Below, in pieces: positions 39,861-52,289 of a stretch of DNA of 64,000 nt (the first letter of the stretch is position 1; each line of letters opens with the position of its first letter). The notes beneath the pieces are model-generated. The model was not told where the DNA came from, did no database searches, and saw only the letters and a program-made list of their open reading frames with translations. The translations under genes and the position numbers were made by a program. The DNA comes from Octopus sinensis (Eukaryota), in assembly GCF_006345805.1 (NCBI RefSeq), contig NC_042998.1, positions 117,366,001 to 117,430,000 on the forward strand. The letters run 5' to 3'.

Positions 39861-40287
39861 TAAATTATACAAATTTCACATTTTATATCTCTGATGAGGA
39901 GAAGAGTTGGCTATATATGCTTATCATTATAAGATTCCATTGTAAGGACAGCACTAGTGCCAAACGATCGTAATATGCTTTAAAAACTTAATTCGAAACT
40001 TCTCAACTGTCATATTTATTATTATTTATTTGTACTTATAAATATTTACAGATATTTATATATAGTTATATTTTTAATACAACAATTATTTTACACACTT
40101 ATATATCATTCTTGAAGAATTTTCCAATATTAATATCCTGATATTAATAATAATATATTATATAAAATATATTTAATTGCTCGTATTAAAATACATAAAT
40201 TATTTAATAGTACTAATATTTTGATACAATAGAGCACTTAATATAATTTCAGTATATAATATACTTATTGAATATATTTAACTAAAG

Positions 40288-40341
<54 letters not shown>

Positions 40342-40812
40342 ATATTATATATATATATATATATACATAATTGTGTGTGCGTATAATTTTTTTTTTCAAA
40401 TTAAAGATTAGAAATCAAATAGACTCCACAATTCAAAAACATTACAATATAAACCGAGTCAAAATGAGTAATTATAATATATTCGATGTATCTCTCTTTA
40501 GAAAGTTCGATACCGAAACATTACTGAAAATTTTCAATATCGAAACAATACAAAAAATTTAAAATTACAGACACGCCAAAATTATTAAAAATATAATGGA
40601 CATATATGTTCGACAAATTACGTAAGTGTATAAAATATATGAAATATATATATATATATATATATATAAACATATTAAAATGTATAGTCCTACTTACGAA
40701 TGAACGTTAAGTAAACGAAAATATATATAGATATATATATATATGTGTACGTACATATGAATGTAAGTATGTGTGTCTGTATGTATGTAATTATGTAAGG
40801 GTAGTGTACTAT

Positions 40813-40864
<52 letters not shown>

Positions 40865-41977
40865 TGCAGTAACACACTGCGTTCTGCTGCAACTTCTTGA
40901 AGACGCAGCAACGTACATTCATTTCGTACATTCCAAAAAATGTAAAATGTCAGGCTAGTTCCAAATATCCTCAATGGATCTAGAATTGCGTGAGAGGTGC
41001 TGCGTGTTAACAGCAGCGGACTCACATCTACCAAACCCCTCATATACGAAACATGTTCTTTAAAATGATCAGAAACATACAATTTACGAAAGTTAAGTTT
41101 GACATGACTGGAAAGTTTAAACAGCCGACCTACAATCAGTGTTGATCTTCTGTATACTTCCTTAAACTTAAACTGCAAGGCGTAAGAGCAGGTGAAAAGA
41201 AAACACATTTTTTAATAATCATACACGACATTAAATACATATCAGGTTGTATCATTGCGAATATATGCGTGCCTGAATGAATTTATATAGTATACATACA
41301 TATATAGCACGTTGAGTATCTTTTTGACATACGTACACACAACTTACTAACTAGCACACCATGACACGGACACACACTATACGTGTATATATATATATAT
41401 ATATATGCATATACTTAAATATATATAAACTTGTACATTCACACGCGTTTGCCAATTTTCTAGAGGTTTATGCATGTTTCGTAGTTATTCATTTCATCAA
41501 TATTTGTCATCACCACAACTTATGGGTAATATATCTAGCGGAAATATAACTTCTTTTTACTAATCATCTTTTCTCAAGATAAAATTTTCCAGCTAATTAT
41601 ATAGACTACATTATACTGAGGAAGATATGTTATCCAAACTCGAATAAAGATAAATTGCGTTGCTGTACTGCAAACTAGGAAATGATGGAGAGAACACCGC
41701 TGTACCGTGTAGAATAACTTCATAATATTTACATTCATGCGAATCGATCAAAACATATGTATGATGGATATTGGAGTTAAAATTTCTGCACTGTTCCTTC
41801 TTCCAGCAGATACAGACGAACGTAACTATAAATAAATGAATGTGTCTGGTATGGATTACAGCAAGTTTCTGAGAATGCGTAAAGTATACATATATCATAC
41901 AAGGCGACACTCTCAGTACTAATCGCAAACTCGTTAGGTATGTGTGCAAAAGTTTATTGATATTTATTTCATAAGGT

Positions 41978-42553
41978 AAATCCGGCGAGGGCAAATTTGC
42001 CCTTCATTCTTTCCAGGTCAATAAAATAAGATCCAGTTGAGCTCTGAGGTCGATGTACTCTACTATTCCTCACCCCAAAATTGTTCGACCTTGTGCCAAA
42101 ATTTGAAACCAATATTTATAAGATAATTTGGTGACCTGGCAGAGTCCTTGCTGTACTAAATGCTTAGTAGAGTTTCTTACGACTATACGTTCATAGCTCA
42201 AATGCCGCCGGGGTCGACACAGTCTTTGATCCCTCCAGAGTCGATGACGTAGGTTCCAGTTAAGAAGTGGTGTCAACACAATCGACTTACTCACTCCCAC
42301 GATATTACTGGCCTTGTGCTGCAATTTGAAACTAATATTTATTTGAAAAGATAAGGCTAGCAGAATCGTTATCACACCTATCAATATTTCGTGCGTATTT
42401 ACTTATGAGTACATATTTGACCGGGAACGACTTTGACTTTCATCATTCCGGTGTCTATAGAAAAAGTATTATTTAAACAGTGGAAACTATTAAATCAACC
42501 TCCTCCCTACACCGAAATTGCTGCTCTTGCGCTAGAAGTTTAAATCAATATTT
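41978..42553 (+). mobile_element. Three head-to-tail SINE family 2 copies
   Basis: Units at about 41978-42115 (5'-truncated), 42129-42340 and 42350-42553, ending tttgaaaccaatatt, tttgaaactaatatt and tttaaatcaatatt. Confidence 0.75.
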
Positions 42554-43162
42554 GTTAGATGTTCAGAACAATAACATTGTAAATTTATATTGGCTGTTTA
42601 TATAGATTAATCGCAACAAACACACTAAACATATGTCAAATGTGCCTGATAGAAGATAAATCCGTATATACATGTATATAAAGTGTCAAGAACCAGGGAA
42701 AATAATCAGGGACAACTGTTACATAATGCTCAAATGTACGCTAATATACGTTATGAGGTAGGACCCAAAATATACATAATTTATATTAGATTCGCACAGA
42801 ATATATTATTTTGATTAATATAAGGGAGATAAAGCTTGAATTTAAAGTGTGTCAAGGAATTTGAGAGAGTAATACATATACGATACATTACCTCTAGTTC
42901 TCTCTCTCTCTAACGCTTTCTATCTTTCTTTTCCTCTCTCTCCTTCACCCGTATAAATAAATACGTTTGCACATTGAACTATTAAATAACAGATTATATC
43001 AAAATGCATGGCATGTATTGTATGCACATTAAAAAAATTAAATACTCTTATTACACAGAGGGAATTAAAACAGTTCCAGATCTACATATATCCTATTCTA
43101 TTTTTGTGTTTTATATATTCATCTATATGTACAAAATGTATTTATAAATTTGTTTGTTTGTG

Positions 43163-43212
<50 letters not shown>

Positions 43213-43449
43213 TGCATATATATGTGTGTGGGGGATGAGTTTATCTATGTACATACAGTTGCAAGTACACGTAAAGTTATAAAGTATAAGTTTTAATCGC
43301 TATTTAATATATTGTTTATAAGGGAAAGAACGGAACACTGTAGCTGGTTTACATCACGTTGGTTTCCTATATTAAGTTTTATCTCATTTCTTTCAAATGC
43401 AACTGTTTCTTCCACTGGATCTCAGTGTAGCTGACTCAAAGGATTCTCT

Positions 43450-43950
43450 AATATGACTTCGTGATAACGCATCCGAAGTCTGTATAAATTAACCATTCAA
43501 CTATTCTCTTTTGTCTTGTCTTGAAATTCTTTTAGCATGCTTGTTTAAGTTTTCATATAATTCAATGTGTTCATGGAATTTACTATTAAAAGCATTTTCC
43601 TAACCTTCACCAGATATGCTTTTGCTGTTTGATTAGCGATAGCATTGTCAGAAACCCATGCCTTATTCTTTTCATGCTGAAAACCAATTAATGATTCTTT
43701 TTACCGGAGAAAACATTTTTACTACAAAGCATCATTGGATGTAACATACTGCTGTCCTTCGCTTCTTCGATAATCAGAGTGCTTTCTGCCTTTCCTCATT
43801 TTGCTGTTAGAAGCGTTTTTGATATCCAGATGTTATTAATTCCTTTCTTATACTTGACGTGTTTAGATAACATGTAGTCTGAAGCAGAGCACTTGTCCAA
43901 AAGAGTTGGCATGATTTGAATAGCACTGCTATTAGTTCCAAGAGAAATTT
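43450..43950 (-). pseudogene. Degraded RTE-clade LINE linker region
   Basis: EKNKAWVSDNAIAN and YENLNKHAKRISRQDKRE*LN resemble RTE KPWIS and YKELNK..K...R.DKREW segments. Confidence 0.5.
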
Positions 43951-46216
43951 AATGGCTTTTAATTATATATTTCAATACAAAAATGTCCACCATGCATTGA
44001 ATGTATATTCATCTTCTGTTGAATAATTGGAAATTACCAATGTAATTCAGACGTTCTTTTTAAGTGTTGAGAAAAAATTCGTTTCATTGACGCTATTGTA
44101 TAGTAGCCAGGAGTTATTGCGAATGACCTTCACAGATTTCATTTAATATAAGATGACGGCGTTTGGGTTTCTGTTCCAAATTTCATAAGTTAATATTCGC
44201 AGAAAAAAAAAGAAACTGTTGTCGAAATGGAATCGTATGTTTACACTGAAGTTTTTGGTGGAATTAAAAACACTGAAGGCCGAACTGACATCATTGAAAA
44301 TGGGGGCGCATGAGTTAATTTATTTCATAAAATACCAACCATTCAATATAAGAATTACACCATTAATGAAGCTCTACCAGCAAATACCAAACTGAATGCC
44401 GATGTAAACCCGAAGGTGCATAAATCAATCCCATTCAATCAACTGTTGGATGCAGACATTAGATGCTGTTGCCGGATTATGTACGTCGCTTCTAGGACTA
44501 TCAGGGCTGTGTATCAATAGTCGGATTATTAGATATGCCGGTAAGCATCTTGGAGTAATTTGAAATTTACCTCACTAGATTTATATTGCAATGAAAGTCT
44601 CTGAAATGCTGAAGAGAAAATCGACTTCCAGGAAACTTGAAATGAGAACGCAATGAGTTGCAGCGAATGTGGAAGGTGTGTTATTCGACGCCCTTCATTA
44701 ATTTATACTTTCAAAAATGTCTGCAGTTTGTTACACTTCACTTTTTTGCCGACATGTCACTTTATATCGGTAATCATTAAGAGCAAGTGCTTGTATCAAT
44801 TTTAATGATTTTGCCAGCGCTGAAAAAAACCGCTATACGGGAATAATTAAATTTATCATGAGACCCAAAATTATGACTCTATTGGATGGATAACTGAAAC
44901 ATTCAATAACAGTAATGACATTACACAAATAACTTCTGCAGTGTAGAAAGTTTGCAACAACAAAACAAAATAACACATTGATTATAGGATACAATAATAC
45001 ATTCAAGCGTATTTATGAGGCGGCAATGTCATTACGAATTTTGCATAACAACCACGCCATTTCCAGTGACACTTTAGACTAATGTCTACTACTATAGCTC
45101 CGAGACTACAATAACATCTGAACGCATTCAATGGGCAAATACCGTGAAATCTCGTTTTATATATATATATATATATAATATATATATATATATATAAATG
45201 TATGGTAAATAGACAAACGACATAGCGTATATTGCATGTACAAACGAACGGGAGACAAACAGAAGGTTCGTAAAGTTCTTCAACAGTTATCGACCACTTG
45301 CTGATATTCAGTTTGAAACTTTAACATTAAGACAGATCGCTTCCCAATTGACGGTGCTCGCAAAACGATTTCCTGGAGAAGGACTAGGGACGAGAGCAAA
45401 CATAACAAAACAAGGAATACGACACAGAGTATGATTAATAACGGTAGACAAGGACGAACAGTCAACAAAATACGTTCTTGGTGCCAAGGAGACGAGGATA
45501 ATTTCTTGAAGGATGGAGAATGGAGAGACATAATTTTCGACTGGTCAATTACGAGACCAGTGTAAGAAAGGAAAGAAAGGGGGAACTGACCATAGTTTAC
45601 GTGACAGCAGCCGCAGAGGAGAAAGACAGGAATTGAGAGAGTGGGAGAGGAAAAGAGAGAAGGGATGAAGGGAAACAAGAAAGACTGAGAATGTAAGGAG
45701 ATGGAGAAGAGAATATAAGGAGAGAAAATGTGTAAGTAGAAAGGCTAGAATAGAAGTGAGAGGGTAAGAGAAATAAGAGAGGAAAGAATGAAGGCAAGAG
45801 AGACTGAGAGAATTACACGGGTATATAAAAAAAAACTTTTTCATACAAATTGGGTGTGTGTTCCCTTCATTACTGAAGAAATGGAAAAACTGCATGGTAA
45901 ATAAACAAACAACATAGTGCATACTGAATATAAAAACGAACGGGTGAAAAACGGAATCTTGTTAATTCTTCATCAGTTATCGAACAATTGGTAATATTTT
46001 GTTCGCGCCATTAACGATAAGACTGAGTGCTCCCAAAACGGCGGTGGCCGCAAAAAATACCAAATTAAAAAGGGTGGCTTTTTAGCAATTAGAACCTAAA
46101 GGCAAAATTAATACAGGTCACAAAAGTAACAGAGGGTACTGACTAGAACGGCTAACTCAAAGCCATAAACGCACTGCCTTAATGACTGACAAAGTGGGTA
46201 AATCTCCAGCGTACGT

Positions 46217-46272
46217 AGCCGGATTTCGATTCCAGATCTTGATGCAGACCATTTTAATCCTCATCAGCGGCT
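46217..46272 (-). ncRNA. Hammerhead-like motif lacking helix III (family F)
   Basis: AGCCG-CUGAUGA-G GAUU AAAAU GGUCU GCAUCA AGAUC UGG AAUC-GAAAUC|CGGCU. 5-bp helix I and 4-bp plus 5-bp helix II; GAAA is followed directly by UC. Confidence 0.6.
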
Positions 46273-46413
46273 CCTAACACCTATTGTTAAACTCAGCTAA
46301 CTTTATAAGAAAAACCCGTTGAAAACGTGTGTTAATTTCCTAAGCGGTAGAAGTGTAAAGAAAAAATGAAAAAACGAGAAATAATTACACAAAGTTCCAA
46401 ATATATGAGACAC

Positions 46414-46602
46414 GAATCACCTCTTTGTAGGACCTGTGGCAGCAGAAATAAAACAATTTCAGATACTGTCAATTAGTGTAGCAAGCTGGTCCAAAGAAAC
46501 TATAAAGGGAGGCACGATAACAAGACTAAGTTCGACCACTGGATGCTATGTGACAAGTTCGGCCTGAATAGGGCAGGGAAATGGAACGAACATCAAACAG
46601 AA

Positions 46603-46604
<2 letters not shown>
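46414..46604 (+). pseudogene. R4/Dong-clade LINE CCHC-region fragment
   Basis: ESPLCRTCGSRNKTISDTVN*CSKLVQRNYKGRHDNKTKFDHWMLCDKFGLNRAGKWNEHQTE, homologous to 62850-63010 (CRICG...YKRGYDNIAKLVHWTHCKNYGLDRAKRWY). Confidence 0.8.
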
Positions 46605-46644
<40 letters not shown>

Positions 46645-46840
46645 GTAGGTCCCGGGTTGATTCGGGGTTAACCACAGTAAATAAGGTACTCAATACATAG
46701 CAGAGTAAAATTAATTTATTATATAGAAGGAGCTTCTACAGGACTAGAACTGTTTCATTCAAGAAAAATCTTCAGGAAGCCTGAAGATTTCTCTTGAATG
46801 AAACAGTTCTAGTCCTGTAGAAGCTCCTTCTATATAATAA

Positions 46841-46846
<6 letters not shown>
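46645..46846. mobile_element. Fold-back non-autonomous element (family B), copy 2, inverted relative to copy 1
   Basis: Tail 46645-46713, arms 46714-46776 and 46780-46842. Differs from copy 1 by a 2-nt central deletion and one substitution, by eye. Flanked by (TA)n. HHR on the minus strand at about 46729-46781 with GCUUC/GAAGC helix I. Confidence 0.85.
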
Positions 46847-46879
<33 letters not shown>

Positions 46880-47186
46880 TTATATATTCTATCAGTAATT
46901 AAAAATAAAACAAGGTGAATTGGTTCTTTCAAGGCCAAGGTCAGCGCTCTCATTGATCGCTGGTAGCAGTAAATACATTTGATTTCTGCTAGCCCCGGGG
47001 GTGTGATGCCTCAGTTGTCCCCTTGTCGCATGGGAATGTCCATTGCTAACCTCCTCAACATCTGCTGAGCCTATTTACAGAACTCTAGAATTTGGTCTAT
47101 TCACCAACCTGCTTCTCTTTCTCTTTCAACCTTCAAATATTTATGATTATCTCAAGAACAAAACAAACGTAGAAACTGAACAAAAT

Positions 47187-47187
<1 letters not shown>

Positions 47188-47260
<73 letters not shown>
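47188..47260. repeat. (TAA)n microsatellite
   Basis: Direct inspection. Confidence 0.97.
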
Positions 47261-47262
<2 letters not shown>

Positions 47263-48034
47263 TTTAGCCAAAACACATGTCGGATCAACTGTGACAAATG
47301 TTAGAAAAATTAAAAATAATAATAACACTGAAGATAATAGTAATAATGAAAGCAATCTCCCCATGTCTTGATTGATGATACAGCTAATGAAGGTGTCATA
47401 ATAAAGACACTGATAATGGAGCATCCTGATAATCGCTACCTCAGATGAGTGACAATGGAAACGCAAAATATTGTGAATATTTCATAACTATATCTAACAG
47501 CTACTATTTGTAATATCATTTAGCGGCCCTGCAACAATAAAACGAACATCTGCTCCTCGTTTCTGAAAATATTCTTTTTATCACCTGTAATATAAAGGGG
47601 AATGTTGTAATCAGCGTTAAATCTTTTGATAAGCATAAGAATAATAGCCTATATAGCAATAACTATAAACGAATTAATAATTAGAATTAGAACTAAAAAA
47701 TTACAGATAAAGTAAAGACAGTAATAATAATTATAAAGTTATGACACAAAATAATCTAGTTAATAATAGGACAAAAATTAATGCAAAATATACAGAACTT
47801 GATGAGGGAAATGGCGTATCGTGTTACCCTAGTCATCTTTATCTAATTTATAGACCCCAGTATATATTTATAAATGTTATGACTTTTGATAAATTCGTCT
47901 TTCATTTTCTGAAGAAAACGGTGTGATTTGGCAGCAATGAGCTAAGAAAAAAAGTTAATATTAGCCTTGCTTTTTGTATAGGTACAATACCGTCTCAGTA
48001 TTGCACTTGCGTGCTTAATATATATTATTATATC

Positions 48035-48221
48035 AAGGCGGCTAACTGTCAGAAACGTTAGTACGCCGGGTGAAATGCTTAACGGTGTTCAAATTCCGTC
48101 GTGGTCGACTTTTCCTTTCGGGGTCGATAATTTAAGTACTAGCTGCGTACTGACGTCGGTCTAATCGACTGGCACCCTCTCCTCCAAAATTTTGGGCTTT
48201 GTACCTAGAGTAGAAAAGAAT
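48035..48221 (+). mobile_element. tRNA-derived SINE family 2, internally deleted
   Basis: aaggcggctaactgtcagaaacgttagtacgccgggtgaaatgctta...gttcaaattccgtcgtggtcgac...ttcggggtcgataa. Confidence 0.8.
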
Positions 48222-51200
48222 ATGTATTGTTATATCAACCAGCCATCATTCATTCGAAGCGGTTTAAAGATAAGACTTGATTACATGATATATATATATA
48301 TATATATATAGCATAAGTATTGGAAATTCTGGAAATCGTTATTGATTATATTTTGCTAGACCAACTTTTAGTATTGTCTATTATATCGCCAAACATACCG
48401 CTGCTGCTATTAGTATAAAAGAAATTATCAACATATACGTTGTTAATGAACTTTTTAGTGTTTTATTTGAAGATAACAATAAGTATAGGAAGAGAAATAA
48501 ATGAAAGGAAATACGTGCATATGTAATTTAATTAAGTTGTAATGTCCATTATTTAATATACTTCATGTAAAAGGACATTATAATCGCACACAACGTTTTT
48601 ACATGCATATACGTATGTGCATTTGTGTGTATGGGACCAATTATTGATCACCGTATAGTGTTTCATGTTTTTAATTTTAAAGTTTCTCGTCACTGACTTT
48701 TACCCCATTACTAAGATTACAATCAATATTTTATATTCGTTATCAGTCTCTGTATAACAAGGCAGATAATAAAGTTAAGATTACGATAAGGTTTCCATCC
48801 ACGCTTTAGAAAAATATTTTTTAAGCATTTTATGTACCGATTCTTTGTCTTAAGTTTTTTGAAGATTAGATAACGTTTCTGTGTACGCTGCTAACTTGCA
48901 GATACGTAATATATATTGAAATTTATCTTAATTTCTAAGAAGACAATGATATAATGAAATTGAATGTTGATATAAGAATCAGTACTCAAACAAAATTCAG
49001 AGTTCTATTTAATTATTGACGTCAAAACCACCGTAAAATTAACTTAACTGTTTACTATGTGCTATCAAATATCTCTTGAGAACCGGTGTTGGCACACGTT
49101 TATTTAATTGGGTTGGATGAAAAATGTTCTGACTTTTTATTGAAAGAGAACTGAAAATTCAAACTTAGTCAGAGAAATATATAACTCGAATTTTTACATA
49201 ATTGTTTCATATGCAGACGTAAACTCCATGGAATTCTGTGGAGCTAAGAAATTATTTATTCACAACTGAAATTTCAAATTATTGCATTTATTTGAACGGA
49301 AATTAGATGCTATGACAAGCAGTTAATTTATAAATGTATTCAATGTTAATCATTGTTGAAAATTCATAAATTCACATTACTTGTTTGAGCCATATGATTT
49401 ACTGAACTATTTTTAAAGGATATACCTTTCTTCTGGGCAGCTTTTATAAATTCAACAAACTCTTCCCTATTTTACAAAGTCATTTTATAACGTCATTTCA
49501 TTGACTAAGGTCAATAGATTCGAGTTAAATATCTACCGGATGTTAATCGATAATGCAGTCAAATGGATTTTAAAAGATATGTAACGCTCTCACATGTTCA
49601 TTCAAGTTTGTATTAATATTGCATCTCTGAAAATATATTGAGTGAAATCGAAGGGGGTTGGGTAATTTGAATTTTGTTTGTATTCTCACAGTGGTGCTGA
49701 AGTTATATTATCTGAACGTAATAAATATGTTAATTTATGCTTCAACGCTTTCCCTGCAGAATGTGTGGCATATAAACATCACCTGCTGTACATGTGCATA
49801 TTTTTCTTGCAAGCTTCTCGCTAAAGTTAATTCTTGCATCACTTCAAGGTTATTACCAATTCCCTAATTGAAAATAGTAATTATATATTAACAGACACCT
49901 TTGTTCATTGATCAAGATGCCACTGAATAGCTTGCACTTTTCAGTTTAAAATAGCATACGGCGTTTTTTATATTCATCTAATCTTCTAGCCACAACTATT
50001 GCTAGAATATCTATAGTCTTTTTATAAATATATTTATTTACATTCATATTTAAGCGTTACTCTTTTACATGATTTAATTACTTCACATAAGCAAATAGCT
50101 TTTATTCTTCAATTGCCAAATAAGCTATGTGTGCCATTTTGACCAAAGTTATACTACAAAGAATAAGAACAGACCACTGCTCAATCTTTCCGGTACCGTA
50201 GGGGGGGACGCTTTTGGTTATGCACAGCCCCAAATACATTCGTATTAGAGACAGAATATTCGATACCAAACCAGTACAATACTAGTACGAAAATTGCAAC
50301 GTATTTTATTCTGTAAATACTTGTATCACATTTACGACAAAACACTTGTGAGAAGTTAAACAATATTTGCAGAAGGGAATTGTGCCACTGGTTAAATATG
50401 ATATCAGAAAATTTTCTTTCTCCCTTAAAGAGAGAACGAAACACCATTTGCCATTTCGTATATCCTACATTCAGTGGTTCACAAGAACTATATCGATTCC
50501 CCGCCTAATTTGCTGAGAGTCTCTTTTGATACTTCCCTTGAGAATAGATGAAGTATTTGCTGTGTATTTTTACTCAGCATTATTGTCAATTATATGTTAA
50601 GTCAATGTATCTCACATATTGTATGTATTTAAAATTGAGGAATTTGAGTCCATTGCAAATATATCGAGTTTGCTTTTTTCCTTTTCGTCTTGATTTCGAA
50701 TGTTATTTTTCTTTAACGTAAAAGAAAATTTGCGTAAAAGAAAATTTGCAATGTCTAGTATTTAAAGGATTTGGCGGACGGGAAGAACTCTGAATGTTGT
50801 AGTCCTTGAATGTCATATATATACGTTCTCTGAATATCTAAATCTTTCTTTTTTTTAATCTACGGTGTAGTTAGAAGAGATGTTATAACTGTTTTCAAGA
50901 GGTCTTATGCCCACAGGTTCTCTTTAATTCATGACTCTATGATATAAAGACCATATTATATAACCAAATTCGCTTCTGTTTTACTTAGAGCCATTATATG
51001 TAAATATAGTTTTTGTGAAGTCGAGTTCCTAAGTAAATTTGGGATATCTAGGATATACAGAGGGTTACCTATATATGCAAATAAATTGAATAACAAACAG
51101 TTTTGTTCAACAAAACTATTCTCATATAACTAAGGGAAATTCGAACTACGAACAATGATCAGGTTGACTCAATGAGCTGAAACGGAAGCAACATCTCTTA

Positions 51201-52289
51201 AGTAAGCAGCGCACATATTAAAGTGATGTGAGTCCATATACGAACGATACGTTAGATAAACAATTTATATTCTGAAAAAAATTATATTCAGCCATTAACA
51301 GTAATTTAAACAGCAATCGCATCTAGACTATGCACTTGTATAATCGACTGGCATATTGAAGACCAATAGTTATATTATTACTCATTGATCTAAGGTAGAA
51401 ATATACGTGATCTTATATTATATTATTCGGTGTTTTGTCCTGGTATTGGAAATCATATATGTAATACTTCAGTCGAGTCTCTCAAACGTGGTTCCATTTT
51501 TTTCAATAGTTTCCGTGTGTTTATCACGACTGACAACGTAACCGCGTACTTCATACATTTTTCAGTCTGTGATGAACCATCATGTTTTAAGACATTGTTA
51601 TTCATCCAGGCCCGCAAGAGAGGTACCTATTATGAATAACAAAGTTAATGGTGTTCACTGCAACACAGATTTCAAGAGAAGCGCTGAGTAATTCAGGATT
51701 ACTAAGTTTAAAATTTAGTAATTCAGGATTAGTAACTTAAAAAATTGTTCGCTGAGATATAGGACCCAAATTGGTTTGCAGGCTCACAGAACTAAAAGCT
51801 TGTTTATATTTGTAATTAACACTAGTGTTAAATCAGAAAGTGAGAATCGTAATCTTCTCTCCAGAAAAACAGGCTCCAGTTTCAGTAAAAGCATGTTAAT
51901 TTCGAAATTTGCTGAATGACTAAGATTACGCCCCCTACTCAAACAAATATTTTTGAAATCACGCCTTTCTACTCGCTTCAATTTCTCTCAAAGTGGATGT
52001 AATTTCAATATATTGAAAGACTTTATGATAAGGTATTTAGTTTATCTACTTGTGACGTTGATATGATTCTCCAAGCCGATGTAAATATGAATCATTTCTC
52101 TTTTCTGGTTTTTCTATTTTTATTTTTGTGTGTGTTTAAATATAAATACAGTTACATAAACACATATGCTTACACGCATACTCTAATGCATATAAGAAGA
52201 AATATAGATATACACAAATACAAGTATATCACATAACATATTCCATAAATTCTTGATGTATTAAAATCTCAATACTCACGAATTTTCCA

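Noticed and set aside
39885-40020. CUGAUGA at about 39892 and GAAAC...GUC about 100 nt later
   Set aside because: Helices I and II do not form convincingly.
40690-41208. Longest ORF in the track (172 aa)
   Set aside because: Its C-terminal third is microsatellite, and the rest has no recognisable motif.
45940-45985. CUGAUGA with a GAAU/AUUC stem on the minus strand
   Set aside because: No GAAA or NUH follows, so it is not a hammerhead.
51440-51630. Minus-strand acceptor-like site followed by an open frame (VPLLRAWMNNNVLKHDG...)
   Set aside because: No recognisable protein family and no supporting exons; it needs RNA-seq or BLASTX.
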